A stretch of 64,000 nucleotides of DNA from the human T2T-CHM13v2.0 reference genome, Homo sapiens: the NCBI RefSeq assembly GCF_009914755.1, contig NC_060938.1; one strand, given 5' to 3'. The position numbers were made by a program, and so were the translations under genes. Each line of letters starts with the position of its first letter. The stretch's first letter is position 1. Positions 39,155 through 51,385 of this stretch are shown one piece after another. The notes beneath the pieces are model-generated. The model ran no database searches. It was given only the letters and a program-made list of their open reading frames with translations, and was not told the origin of the DNA.

Positions 39155-39498
39155 CAGCCACGTGCTACACAGCAACGTTTCAGTCAATGACAAACTGCAT
39201 ATATGACAGTGGTCCTGTAAGATTATAATACCACATTTTTACTGCACCCTTTCTGTCTTTAGCTATGTTTAGATACACAAATACTATTGTGTTACAATTG
39301 CCTACAGGATTCAGGACAGTAACATGCTGTGTAGGTTTCTAGCCTAGGAGCAATAGGCTACACCGTATAGCCTAGGTGTGTAGTAGGCTATGCCATCTCG
39401 GTTTGTGTAAGTACACTCAGTGATGTTTGCACAACAACAAAATCACCTAATGACACATTGCTCAGATCGGAAGCCCGTTTTTAAGCAATGTGTGACTG
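39155..39498 (+). mobile_element. Tigger3a (MER7A-type) TcMar MITE
   Basis: TA TSD at 39153-54 and 39499-500; 'aagattataatacc..tagcctaggagcaataggcta..tagcctaggtgtgtagtaggcta'. Confidence 0.92.
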
Positions 39499-39545
39499 TA
39501 TGTACTATTATTCTCTTCCTTTACGCCAAAGAGAGGCACAGAGAT

Positions 39546-39988
39546 AGATATGGGTTGAATTGTGTCCCCTGGAAAAGATACGTTGATGTCCTAACCCCCC
39601 AGTACCTCAGAATGTGACCTTATCTGGATAAAGGGGTATTGCAGACATAATTAGTGGAAATGACGTCATAGTAGAGTTGGGTTCATAACCTATTGTGATT
39701 GATGTCCTCATGAGAACAGGAGAGAGAGAGACACGGAGAATGCCATGTGGACAGAGGTCGAGGCTGGGTGAGGCAGCTACAAGTCAAGGACACCAAAGAT
39801 GGCTGGCAGCCTCCAGAAACCAGGGGAGAGCCTGGGGCAGCTTCTCTCAGAGCCCTCAGAAGGAAACAACACCAACGCCAGTCTCATGTTGGGCTTCTGG
39901 CCTCCAGAACTGTGAAAGATTACTTTTCTTTTGTTTCCAGCCACCTGGTCTCTGGTACTTTGGGACGGCAGCCCTAGGCAACAATGTA
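39546..39988 (+). mobile_element. MaLR solo LTR (MLT1C-like)
   Basis: 'tatgggttgaattgtgtcccc..cagtacctcagaatgtgaccttat..ttctggcctccagaactgtga'; TSD gagat/gagct. Confidence 0.9.
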
Positions 39989-40379
39989 GAGCTGTTAAGC
40001 CATGTGCCCACGGTCACACAGCCAGGTGGGCGACAGAGAGGATGCAGGCCCGGGGAATCTGGCCAGTGTTGATGTTTTGAGCCCCCTTGCTGTGGCAGTG
40101 CTGGAGGACTGAGGAGCCGCGAGGAACGTGGAGCCCTCTTCCCCTCTTCCCCTCTGCACCTCTCCTCCTCCCTTCCTCACTCTGGGGCGAAGGCAGGGAG
40201 ATAAACATTTAACACGTGCGCAGGAAAATCTGGATTGGGCAACTCTGCTGGAGCCCATCCTCCCTCCCAGAAAGGAAGAGCCTGCCTCTGTCGCAGACAG
40301 ATGGTCACCCAGCGTCTGCCTGAATGCCTGCTGGGAAACAGCGCTGTGCACGGGAGTGCAGAGGGGCTGAGTGCTGGAC

Positions 40380-40520
40380 ATGGAATCCTGATTTTGCCTC
40401 CCATTGGCTGGGTGACCTTGGCCGAGGAGCCTAACTTCCCCTTGCCTCAGTTTCCTCGTCTATAAAATGAAGACAATGAATCCTACCTCCCAGTGTCATT
40501 ATGGTAAACGTGGCAGTGAA
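40380..40520 (+). mobile_element. MIR
   Basis: 'gggtgaccttggcc..gcctcagtttcctcgtctataaaatgaag'. Confidence 0.8.
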
Positions 40521-41166
40521 GGTGACCCCACATGGCCTGAAGCAGGCCCTTAAGGACAAGAGAGAATCAGCAGAGACCCTCCACTCTGTCGGTGCCCTCA
40601 GTGAGGGCCACAGGCCAGGGCCACTGGGCTTTTTCTCCACTCATTCCCTCCTTGGTTTTATCTAAGCCAGGCCAACTGTGTGGCATTTCAGGCTGTTAGT
40701 ATGCACAGCCCTTCCTAAGCTTCCAAGTGGGATGATCTACATGAAAAATTAATTGTGTATTTTTTCCTTTTTTTTTTAAGTGGAGAAATTATTTAGGGCT
40801 TTGGGGAAGAGGGGGCAGCTATTTGCTATGCAGCAGCTCGTCCCCTTAGCCCTCACCCCTGCATGTTCAGCAAATGACTCTTCTATTCTCTTCCTGGCAG
40901 GTGGTCTCACAGCTACATGTGTTCCGTGCTTGCAGCAGGGTGCTCCAGGGAATGTGACATGGTGATGACTGCTGTTTCTAATTACTGCCCTATCAGGAGG
41001 CAGAGGAAGGAGCCAGCCTGGTGGGCCACTGAGGAAACGCTGACGTTCCTGATTGTCGGGTAGCTGGGGCTGGTAGGGCCTGGCTGATGCCTGCCTGGTC
41101 ACTTGGGAGTGAGGACTTGCCTTTCCCCAAACAAACTCAACATCTGAATGATTGACAAGGGCACAG

Positions 41167-41620
41167 CAATCAATAAGTCCTTATTTCCTGAGCACCTAGT
41201 GTGCTCCTGGTTTTGTGCTAAGCACAGGGGCTGGGGACACAGATGCAAGCAGTAGCAACACACAGCGCCATCCTTTGGGAAACTTACATTATAGCTGGGG
41301 GCGAGGGCAAAATAAACAGAGGGAAAAAATAGCTCTATTCATTCACCCAATGGCATTTATTGGGAATGGCCTGATAGTATTTTTAACTATGTATTTACAA
41401 ATACTATTGTAAAGGACCAGAATGTAAACTCCCACAGGGGAGTTTATAGTGCAATGGGAGAGAGGGACATTAATTAAATAATATCAAAAATATGTTGTTA
41501 AAAGCCATGGCCAATTCTATAAAAGTGCAGGGGCTATTCGAGTATAAATGGGGACCTGATTTCTTCTGGGGTTAGAGAAGGATTTCCGGGTGAAGTGCTA
41601 TAATCTCTAATTGTGGAAAT
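41167..41620 (-). mobile_element. two L2 3' fragments
   Basis: 'ctgagcacctagtgtgc..gctggggacacag' and 'ggagtttatagtgcaatgggagagagggacattaa..ggggttagagaaggatttcc'. Confidence 0.6.
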
Positions 41621-42106
41621 GGAAAAGAAGGTTGGCTTCAGGAAGTGTTTGGAGAGAATTGACAAGCTGTGTGGACAGATATAGGGGTGAAGGAGATAGA
41701 TGCTAAATATGACTTTCTAGGTGCTGACCAGAATAACAAAATCAAAGGCGCTGCTGTCGGACAGGGCAGTTGGGGTGGAGAGCCAGTTTTGCACGGGAAG
41801 CAGCATGGAACATGCTGAGCTCCGCGGACCCACTGATAGACCAGAAGCGCTGTTCGGGGGTGGGGAGGGCTGGGCTGGGGCGAGGGCCTATTTGCTGCTG
41901 TGACTCTACAGGAACCAAGACTCTAGGGAAGTGGAGACTGGAGTAAGTTCTGAAGCGTGAGAGCTGCTCATAGTGAAGGCAGTAGATGGGAGATGGGGAA
42001 CTCGCACTAAAGGAGCCTGCTGTGCTCTGGGTCTGTGTTGGATGCACCACCACCATGTGGGCTCGGCAGCAGCAGGACTCGGGAACCTGCTCCAGGCTTT
42101 CCAGAA

Positions 42107-44470
42107 AGTGTGTGTGTAGGGGATGGGGGGGTGTAAGGTGCATGTGTGTGATGTGTATGTACGTGTGTGGTGGTGGGGGTGTGTGGTCTGTGCGGTATGC
42201 ATGTAGGTGCGGTGTAAGCTGTGGGATTGTGGTGTGTGTGTGGTGGGTGATGTGTGCATTTTATGCATAGGCTGTGTGTGTGTGGTGTGTGTGTGTGAGG
42301 TGTGTAGTCTGTGGGATTATAGTGTGTGTGGAGTGGGGAGGTGTGTGTGATCTGTGTGAGGTGTGTGTGGTGTGTGTGTGTGAGGTGTGTGGTCTGTGGG
42401 ATTATAGTGTGTGTGTGTGTGTGTGTGAGGTGTGTGTGGTCTGTGTGAGGTATGTGTGGTCTGTGTGTGTGGTCTGTGTGAGGTGTGAGGTATCTGTGGT
42501 CTGTGTGTGTGTGAGGTGTGTGTGGTCTGTGGGTCTATAGTGTGTGTGTGACGTGTGAGGTGTGTGTGGTCTGTGTGAGGTGTGAGGTGTGTGTGGTCTG
42601 TGTGTGTGTGAGGTGTGTGTGGTCTGTGGGTCTATAGTGTGTATGAGGTGTGCGTGGTCTGTGTGTGTGTGAGGTGTGTGTGGTCTGTGGGTATATAGTG
42701 GTATGAGGTGTGTGTGGTCTGTGGGTATGTAGTGTGTGTGAAGTGTGTGTGGTCTGTGTGTGTGTGAGGTGTGTGTGTTCTGTGGGTATGTAGTGTGTGT
42801 GAGGTGTGTGTGGTCTGTGTGTGTGAGGTGTGTGTGGTCTGTGGGTATATAGTGTGTGTGAGTTGTGTGTGGTCTGTGTGTGTGTGAGGTGTGTGTGGTC
42901 TGTCGGTATATAGTGTGTGAGGTGTGTGTGGTCTGTGGGTATATAGTGTGTGAGGTGTGTGTGGTCTGTGGGTATAAGGTGTGTATGAGGTGTGTGTGGT
43001 CTGTGTGTGTGTGAGGTGTGTGTGGTCTGTGGGTATGTAGTGTGTGTGGTGTGTGTGAGGTGTGTGTGGTCTGTGTGTGTATGAGCTGTGTGTGGTCTGT
43101 GGGTATGTAGTGTGTGTGAGGCGTGTGTGGTCTGTGTGTGTGAGATGTGTGTGGTCTGTCGGTATATAGTGTGTGAGGTGTGTGTGGTCTGTGGGTATAT
43201 AGTGTGTGAGGTGTGTGTGGTCTGTGGGTATATAGTGTGTGAGGTGTGTGTGGTCTGTGTGTGTGAGGTGTGTGTGGTCTGTGGGTATGTAGTGTGTGAG
43301 GTGTGTGTGGTCTGTGGGTATGTAGTGTGTGTGAGGCATGTGTGGTCTGTGTGTGTGAGGTGTGTATGGTCTGTGGGTATATAGTGTGTGAGGTGTGTGT
43401 GGTCTGTGGGTATGTAGTGTGTGAGGTGTGTGTGGTCTGTGGGTATGTAGTGTGTGAGGTGTGTGTGGTCTGTGGGTATGTAGTGTGTGAGGTGTGTGTG
43501 GTCTGTGGGTATGTAGTGTGTGTGAGGCGTGTGTGGTCTGTGTGTGTGAGGTGTGTATGGTCTGTGGGTATGTAGTGTGTGAGGTGTGTGTGGTCTGTGG
43601 GTATGTAGTGTGTGAGGTGTGTGTGGTCTGTGGGTATGTAGTGTGTGAGGTGTGTGTGGTCTGTGGGTATGTAGTGTGTGAGGTGTGTGTGGTCTGTGGG
43701 TATGTAGTGTGTGTGAGGCGTGTGTGGTCTGTGTATGTGAGGTGTGTGTGGTCTGTGTGTGTGTGAGGTGTGTGTGGTCTGTGGGTATATAGTGTGTGAG
43801 GTGTGTGTGGTCTGTGGGTATGTAGTGTGTGTGAGGCGTGTGTGGTCTGTGTATGTGAGGTGTGTGTGGTCTGTGTGTGTGTGAGGTGTGTGTGGTCTGT
43901 GGGTATATAGTGTGTGAGGTGTGTGTGGTCTGTGGGTATGTAGTGTGTGTGAGGCGTGTGTGGTCTGTGTGTGTGAGGTGTGTGTGGTCTGTGGGTATAT
44001 AGTGTGTGAGGTGTGTGTGGTCTGTGGGTTTGTAGTTTGTGTGAGGCGTGTGTGGTCTGTGTATGTGAGGTGTGTGTGGTCTGTGGGTATATAGTGTGTG
44101 AGGTGTGTGTGGTCTGTGGGTATGTAGTGCGTGTGAGGCATGTGTGGTCTATTTGTGTGAGGTGTGTGTGGTCTGTGGGTATATAGTGTGTGAGGTGTGT
44201 GTGGTCTGTGGGTATATAGTGTGTGAGGTGTGTGTGGTCTGTGGGTATATAGTGTGTGAGGTGTGTGTGGTCTGTGGGTATATAATGTGTGAGGTGTGTG
44301 GCCTGTGGGTATATAGTGTGTGAGGTGTGTGTGGTCTGTGGGTATATAGTGTGTGAGGTGTGAGGTGTGTGTGGTCTGTGTGTGTGTGTGTGAGGTGTCT
44401 GCAGTCTGTGGGTATATAGTGTGTATGAGGTGTGTGTGGTCTGTGTGTGCATGGTGCGTGTATGTCTGTG
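42107..44470. repeat. GT-rich compound minisatellite/VNTR (~2.3 kb); long unit gaggtgtgtgtggtctgtgggtat(a/g)tagtgtgt (33 bp, 35-bp variant), short unit gagg(t/c)gtgtgtggtctgtgtgtgt (24 bp, 26-bp variant)
   Basis: directly visible tandem units; 11-aa and 8-aa periodicity of ORF translations; degenerate (GT)n edges. Confidence 0.97.
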
Positions 44471-44671
44471 GTGCTGTCATATCGCAGGCAGGAAACAGCT
44501 GGACCCCCTGGGACTTGGCCTTGGCCATCAGGAGCAGTGCTTCTCCCCTCTCTCTGGCATCTTCGCTCTCTGGGAGGAATGTGTCTGCTTCCTCTCCCTG
44601 TTTCTCTCTGCTGATGCCTTCCTTGCTTCCCCATGGCCCAACTGTGGCTTTTTAGTTCAAGAGTTCAGCAT

Positions 44672-45375
44672 TATTCATCTAATCACTCATTCAATACAAA
44701 TGTATGTCAGGAGGTATCTTTTGGCACTGGGGATGCAGTGAATATCAAAGCAGAGTCCCTGATCTCAGGAGGTGACATTCCTGTGGAAGAGACAGATATT
44801 CAACAGAAAAAGAGATATTTCAGGTGGCAATCCTGCTGTGAGGAAAAAGGAAGCTTAAGGAGGGTCTGGAAAGCAGCTGAGAGGTGTGGGCTGGGGCTGT
44901 CTTGGTAACTGCTGACCTGGGAGGCCTCTCTGCCCCAGTGACATCAGAGCAGAGACCCGAAGGATGCAGGTGCAGCAGTGGAAATGGGAGAATCTGGGCA
45001 AAGCCCCTGAGGTGGGGCATTGTCTGAGGTGTCCACAGAGCAGCCAGGAGACCCATGTGCTTTGGGTGGAGTGGAGACAGGGAGTCATCGGACATGAATT
45101 CCAAGAGATAACACGGGAACGAGTCATGCAAAGCCACAAGAGGTGTGAGACGGGAGTGGTGGAGGGACATGGTGCCACTCACACATAGCTCCGAGCACTG
45201 TGTGGAGACAGAAGTTGGGAGGGAGGGTGCAGCCAGGAGAGCAGGTAGGAGACTGTTGCAGCCATCTGCATGACACATGACGATCTGGACTAGGGCAGAA
45301 GCTGAGGAGGTGACAGAAAAGGTCAGATTCTGGACACATTTGAAGATTGCGCAGATACAACTGCAGATGGATCTA
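44672..45375 (-). mobile_element. L2a
   Basis: 'ggcactggggatgcagtgaa..gggaggcctctctg..gtgacatcagagcagagacccgaagg..ggtcagattctggacacatttgaag'. Confidence 0.8.
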
Positions 45376-45413
45376 ACTGATTTGCTTCTGGATCTTACAG
45401 TTTGACTCATTAA

Positions 45414-46060
<647 letters not shown>

Positions 46061-46409
46061 AAAGTCAAGGCTGCCTGGCGGGGGGGATAAAGAAATGCCA
46101 AAAGAGGTCCGGAGAGAGGCAAGGTCATGGAGGTTCCCACGGGAGCATTTGAGGAAGGAGGAAATGGTTAGCAGCGCCTGTGCTAAAGAGAAGCCAACCG
46201 AGGTGAGAAGTGAGGGCTGCCTTTGTCGTTGGCTTTCATGGAGAGCCAACGCCAGGTAAGATGCACATGAGGGCAGGTGGCTGAAGAGGGGCAACAGGGA
46301 GAGGGTGTCCAGGAAGGATATGGCGACATGCTCACTCAGAAGGACGCTGCCACCCACTGGCAGTGTGACCTTGGGTCGTTACCCTCTCTGAGCCTCCAAC
46401 GGCCCCATG

Positions 46410-46690
46410 ATAATGTCAGCTTAAATACATTGTGCGGTATTAAACAAGCACAAAGGTTTATTTCTTGCTCATGCTCATGTTCATGGTGAAGCAGTTGCAG
46501 CTCTGCCGCTCCCTGTCATCTTCTCTCTGGCCCTGGCTAACACAGGAGCACCTGTCTGGGTCGCTTGCCATTTCAGTGGCAGAAGGTGGGGTGAGGGGAT
46601 CATTGGTGACATCCAAATCAATGGGGAAAAGAGTATCCGCTCTCCCTTGGAAGGGCAGTAAATACTCAGATGACAATACAATTGACCCCA
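46410..46690 (-). mobile_element. internally deleted MaLR LTR (MLT1H/I-like) inside a plus-strand MIR (46345-46400, 46691-46776)
   Basis: 'aaggtttatttcttgctcatgct'; flanking MIR 'tgtgaccttggg..ctctctgagcctc' and 'gtacctacct'. Confidence 0.55.
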
Positions 46691-47224
46691 GTACCTACCT
46701 GCAAGAGTTTTAAAAGAATTTAGTGTGGCATCTTGGCAGTTGGTGAGAGCTCAGCGATGATTGCTGTTACATTATTAACAGGCTACAGTGTCCTGGAAAG
46801 CAACTTGCTGGTAGTCCCTAGGAAAAGCTCCAGTGGCTCTCATTAAGTAGTTCGTCACTATGGGGCAGAAGAGGCAGTGGAGCCCGTGGCTTGCTCTGAA
46901 CGTAAGCCCCATGGTAACCACAGAATTCTGCCCTCAACTCCCCACACTCCTCAGCCGTGGCCTCTGGACTCTGGGCATCTTGTCCTGCTCCTTTGCTGTC
47001 TACATCTTCAGAGTTTCTGCCTCCACTTCTCTCTCCACCAGGCACTTCCCTCCTCTTCTTAGAATGTGGTTTGTTTGTTTTTAACAGAAATTTGAGTAGA
47101 AACCATTTATAATTGCAGGTTTTGGTTAAGATCTCTAGCTAACCAAGTTGCAATAAAGTAACAATTTCTTACTTTCAAGAGTGCAGAATGAGGAACATTT
47201 TTCTTCCATCTTGATTTCTAATAG

Positions 47225-47243
47225 AAAAAAAAAAAAAAAAAAA
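47225..47243. repeat. poly(A)19
   Basis: mononucleotide run. Confidence 0.9.
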
Positions 47244-48018
47244 GCAAAGCTCAGAGAGGATCTCGGTTCTCCTAAGCCCAGGAGACTCCACTTCGAGTGG
47301 GCCCATCATCGTCCCTCTGGGTTGTGTTGAGTGTGTGCCTCCATGCTGTGGTCTGAAGTTAGGTACTGCGTACAAATTCATTTTTTAAAAAACTGAGATG
47401 GACGCAGTCTAATTAGGAATTCACGTTGTAAAAGGATGATACTACTGATCCTGACATACCTGTATTTCATCTGGCGTATTTCATCCAGACCCGTGATGGT
47501 AGCTGAGAAAGGGCAATTTTACTCACAGGGACTATAACAGCGGGAAGGGAGGGGGAAGCAGTGAAGAGAATAGCTAAGCCAGGAGGTAAGAGGAAGAAGA
47601 ACCAGTTAGGAGAAGACAGTGCCCATAGTTGGCTTTAATTTTTGCCTGGGCCATAGGCCCAAAGTTAATGATTCCCAAGGCATTTTTTCATTTGATTTTC
47701 TAATTTGGACCTCACAATCACCTTGAGAAGTAGAAAGAGCTGATATTATTATCTGTATTTTTATACACAAGGTAAATGAAGGTCAGGGAAATTAAATGAT
47801 TGAGCTGCAGATACACGGCCAGTAAATGAGAGAGGCCAAATATTTTGACACCTTGCCATGTGTGGTTTTTATTACTCTGAGTAGCCTCTAGAGGGTAAAT
47901 GTAGGTTTTACAAAATGAGTAGCCGTGATTCCTTTCTTCACTAGGAATTTTCAACATGCTCAAATGATTTTCGTGGGGGATAGACATAAGTAGTAAAAAG
48001 CAGGTTTCATAAAAGCTA

Positions 48019-48438
<420 letters not shown>

Positions 48439-48450
48439 GTGAGTTTTAGA

Positions 48451-48830
48451 TATCAGCTTGTGTTCTTTGGTTGCAAACAACAATAATCAACTTGGGTAAG
48501 TTAAGCAGACAAATTTGTTGGAAGTACTTTAGACAGCTCACAGAGTCCAAGGGAAGACAGAAGAATTAGGCTGGGAAAATGATGTCAGTGATCTGGGCAG
48601 CTAGAGCTGGTGAGAGGCAGGAACCAGCCAGGGTAGAACCAGGGACTGCCATGAGAATGAATGGGGAGGGTTGGCCTCATCTTGCCTGAGTCACGTGCTC
48701 TCCCCTTGGCCAGGTACTCATTGGCAGTTCCACTAAAATGACCCGCAGTCAGCAAAGGAAATCAAAATTTGCAGCTACTAAAAGAGGAGGCGATGGATGC
48801 TGGGAAGACAATGACCGCCTTCTACCCACA
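48451..48830 (-). mobile_element. MaLR LTR (MLT1K/L-like)
   Basis: 'ttctttggttgcaaacaaca..agctcacagagtc..gagtcacgtgc..tggatgctggg'. Confidence 0.65.
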
Positions 48831-50152
48831 CTACTTGCCTCCATTCAATCCTCCAGGAAAGGAGAGATTTTGCCAGCCCTGGTCCAGGATCTTTTGTGAT
48901 GTGGAGCGAGGGGGATAAGTTAAAAGAGTTGGGAGTGGGATGACAGAGGAACAAATCAGTCAATACAGAGAGTGACTGCGGAGGAGACACGAGAAAGATC
49001 TGTCTCCCTTCTCAGGTGCTGGGGCTGAAGGAAGAATTTGAGGTTTAGAGGATCTCCCAGACAGCATCACGCAGAGAGGAGGCGAGTTGAGATGTGTTGT
49101 GCTGAGTTAGGAATCGAATCTCTTTGAATGTACTTTGTGAGCTACAAGTGAAGATGAGCAGTTCCCTTTAATTACATGTGGCCCCTGTATTGTGCAATTT
49201 TGAATGTGCACAGACTGATCGTGTAGGACCCTAAATTTTATTAGGGTCATAATGATGTTTAGTGTTTGTCATCAACATTCTTGGGAAGTAAAGGGCTACA
49301 GCTAGAAGGGCTTATAGAATGTGGTTGAGTTGATCCATTCTTTCTTTTCTCTGTCCTGGTTCTAGAATTACTCATTTTAGTTTTTCCCCAAGGAGCGTTT
49401 AAAATTTGCTCAAACTTTCTTTAAGGAAGCAGAACATGTGACGGCTTTATTTTCTAGAAACTAAGCCGTCACAATTTCTGGTCAGGGGTTAGGATGTACT
49501 TAGATGGGCCCTAAATTTCTATTATTGTTGTTCCCTTGTAAATAGCTCATCATTTTTATCATATAATAAGAACTTGAATGTAGTATTTTATAGATAAGAA
49601 AATTGAAGCACATGATCTAGCTCATAAAAGTTTAATTAAGCTAGTCTGTAATGTTATTTGGAAGCCAATATTATTATCCTCATAGTAACCAACTTTTGAG
49701 TAAGCATTTTACATGCGTAGTAACCCTATGAAGTAGATCTCCTTTTATCTCCACTTAACAAATTAGAAAAGTTACTTGTTTACAGTCACGCAGGTGGTAA
49801 GAGGGGGTCCTACACTAGCCCAGCTGATGGCAGAGCCCACACTCTGAATGCCTGCTTAGCACTGGACTGCAGGCAACAATCCAACTATTAATACTCACTG
49901 CCCTGGACCCTGACACGACCCCTGACTAGGTCTAGCTGCTAGGAGCACTCATTGACCAGAACCACTATAATATTCAGAACCATCTATTATATTAGAATAA
50001 TAAAATAACTAAAAAAGAAATCCATTGGTAAATGAATGAATTAGTTTTTGATTAATTAGAGTTTGCTAATTGAAAATCTTTTTGGGGAAGCTATTTACCG
50101 TATGTGTTAGGTCTGTGGACATAATAGTGAGATTAAAAAAAAATAAGACCCC

Positions 50153-50448
<296 letters not shown>

Positions 50449-51211
50449 TCCCTGCCTTCAGGGAACTTAGAGTCTGGTGGAAATGTCAGATGATAATCAA
50501 ATAATTGCAAAACAATAAATAAATAATTACAAATTCTGATGGTGATGGGTTGTTCGAGGTTGAATTACAGTAGCAGTGGCAGGCGGAGAGCAGAGGAATG
50601 AAGGGGAAGCATTGAGATGGTTCTGCTTGCTGTCCGTTCAGCAAACGTTTAGTGAAGGTGCTGCAGGTGGCCCACACTGTGTCAGTTGCCATGCGGGATA
50701 TGAAGATGATACAGGCATAGTCCTTTCTCTCAACGGGGTCCCGAGGGAGGAAACACATACACACAAGTCATGACAAAAACACAAACAGAGATGACAGGAT
50801 GGCAACGATAATTACAATGGCTTACATTTATTGGCAGAATTTCAAGTACTCCACATGAAATAACTCATTAATTCCTAAAACATCCCCACATGGATGGGGA
50901 GAGGGGCTAGAGAGCAGCCAGGCAAGAATACCTCTCAGGTTAGCCTGGGGTGGGAGATAAGGAAACGAAGGCTGGGAGTTCGAGGAAAGGCTAGGAAATG
51001 ACGACATGGTACAGGAGTCAGAGGACAGAGAGCATCCTTCTGGCTGGAGGAGTGGGGGCAAACTTACTGGAGGAGTGGATGTTTGACGTGGGCCTGGGAG
51101 GATGAGGGGGTTGTAGTAGGCAGAGACTGGAGCTGTTGGCAGAGAGAGCAACACTGAGGCGAGCATATGTGGCGAATGTAGGGGGCTGGCCAGGTTCTCT
51201 TTGGCAGGCAT

Positions 51212-51385
51212 GCAGGATACACCTCTGTGCTTCGGCCACCTGGAGAACTTTTTACAAATGCAGAGTTCGGGTGTCTACCCCAAGAGAGGGTCAGTAAGTA
51301 AGGCTGGGTTGGGCCTGGGAATACCCACGTTTATAAAACACCTGGGTGAGTCTGGCCCTTGGGCAGATATTTGGAGCATTAGTGT
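51212..51385. mobile_element. MER5-like hAT-Charlie MITE within L2 remnants (~50900-51700)
   Basis: 'cacctggagaactttttacaaatgcaga..ctgggttgggcctgggaat..aaaacacctgggtgagtctg'. Confidence 0.6.

Larger units (their letters stand above)
39050..40065 (-). mobile_element. MIR host element split into three pieces (39050-39152, 39501-39545, 39994-40065)
   Basis: 'caggcactgttctaagc..aatcctcacaaacaccctatgaagta' | 'tactattattctc..gaggcacagaga' | 'gttaag..tgcccacggtcacacagc'. Confidence 0.75.

Noticed and set aside
42290-44450. CRISPR-like repeat/spacer array
   Set aside because: Intervening segments are variants of one another rather than unique spacers; primate DNA with no cas genes.
42402-44528. 708-aa and 606-aa ORFs, and plus-strand Cys/Val-rich ORFs (CEVCVVCGY repeats), as real proteins or metal-binding domains
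   Set aside because: Direct translations of the minisatellite. Stop codons are compositionally absent, several frames are open at once, and frames shift between units.
47225-47243. Orphan poly(A)19 as a processed pseudogene tail
   Set aside because: No clear TSD pair and no recognisable upstream mRNA-like sequence.
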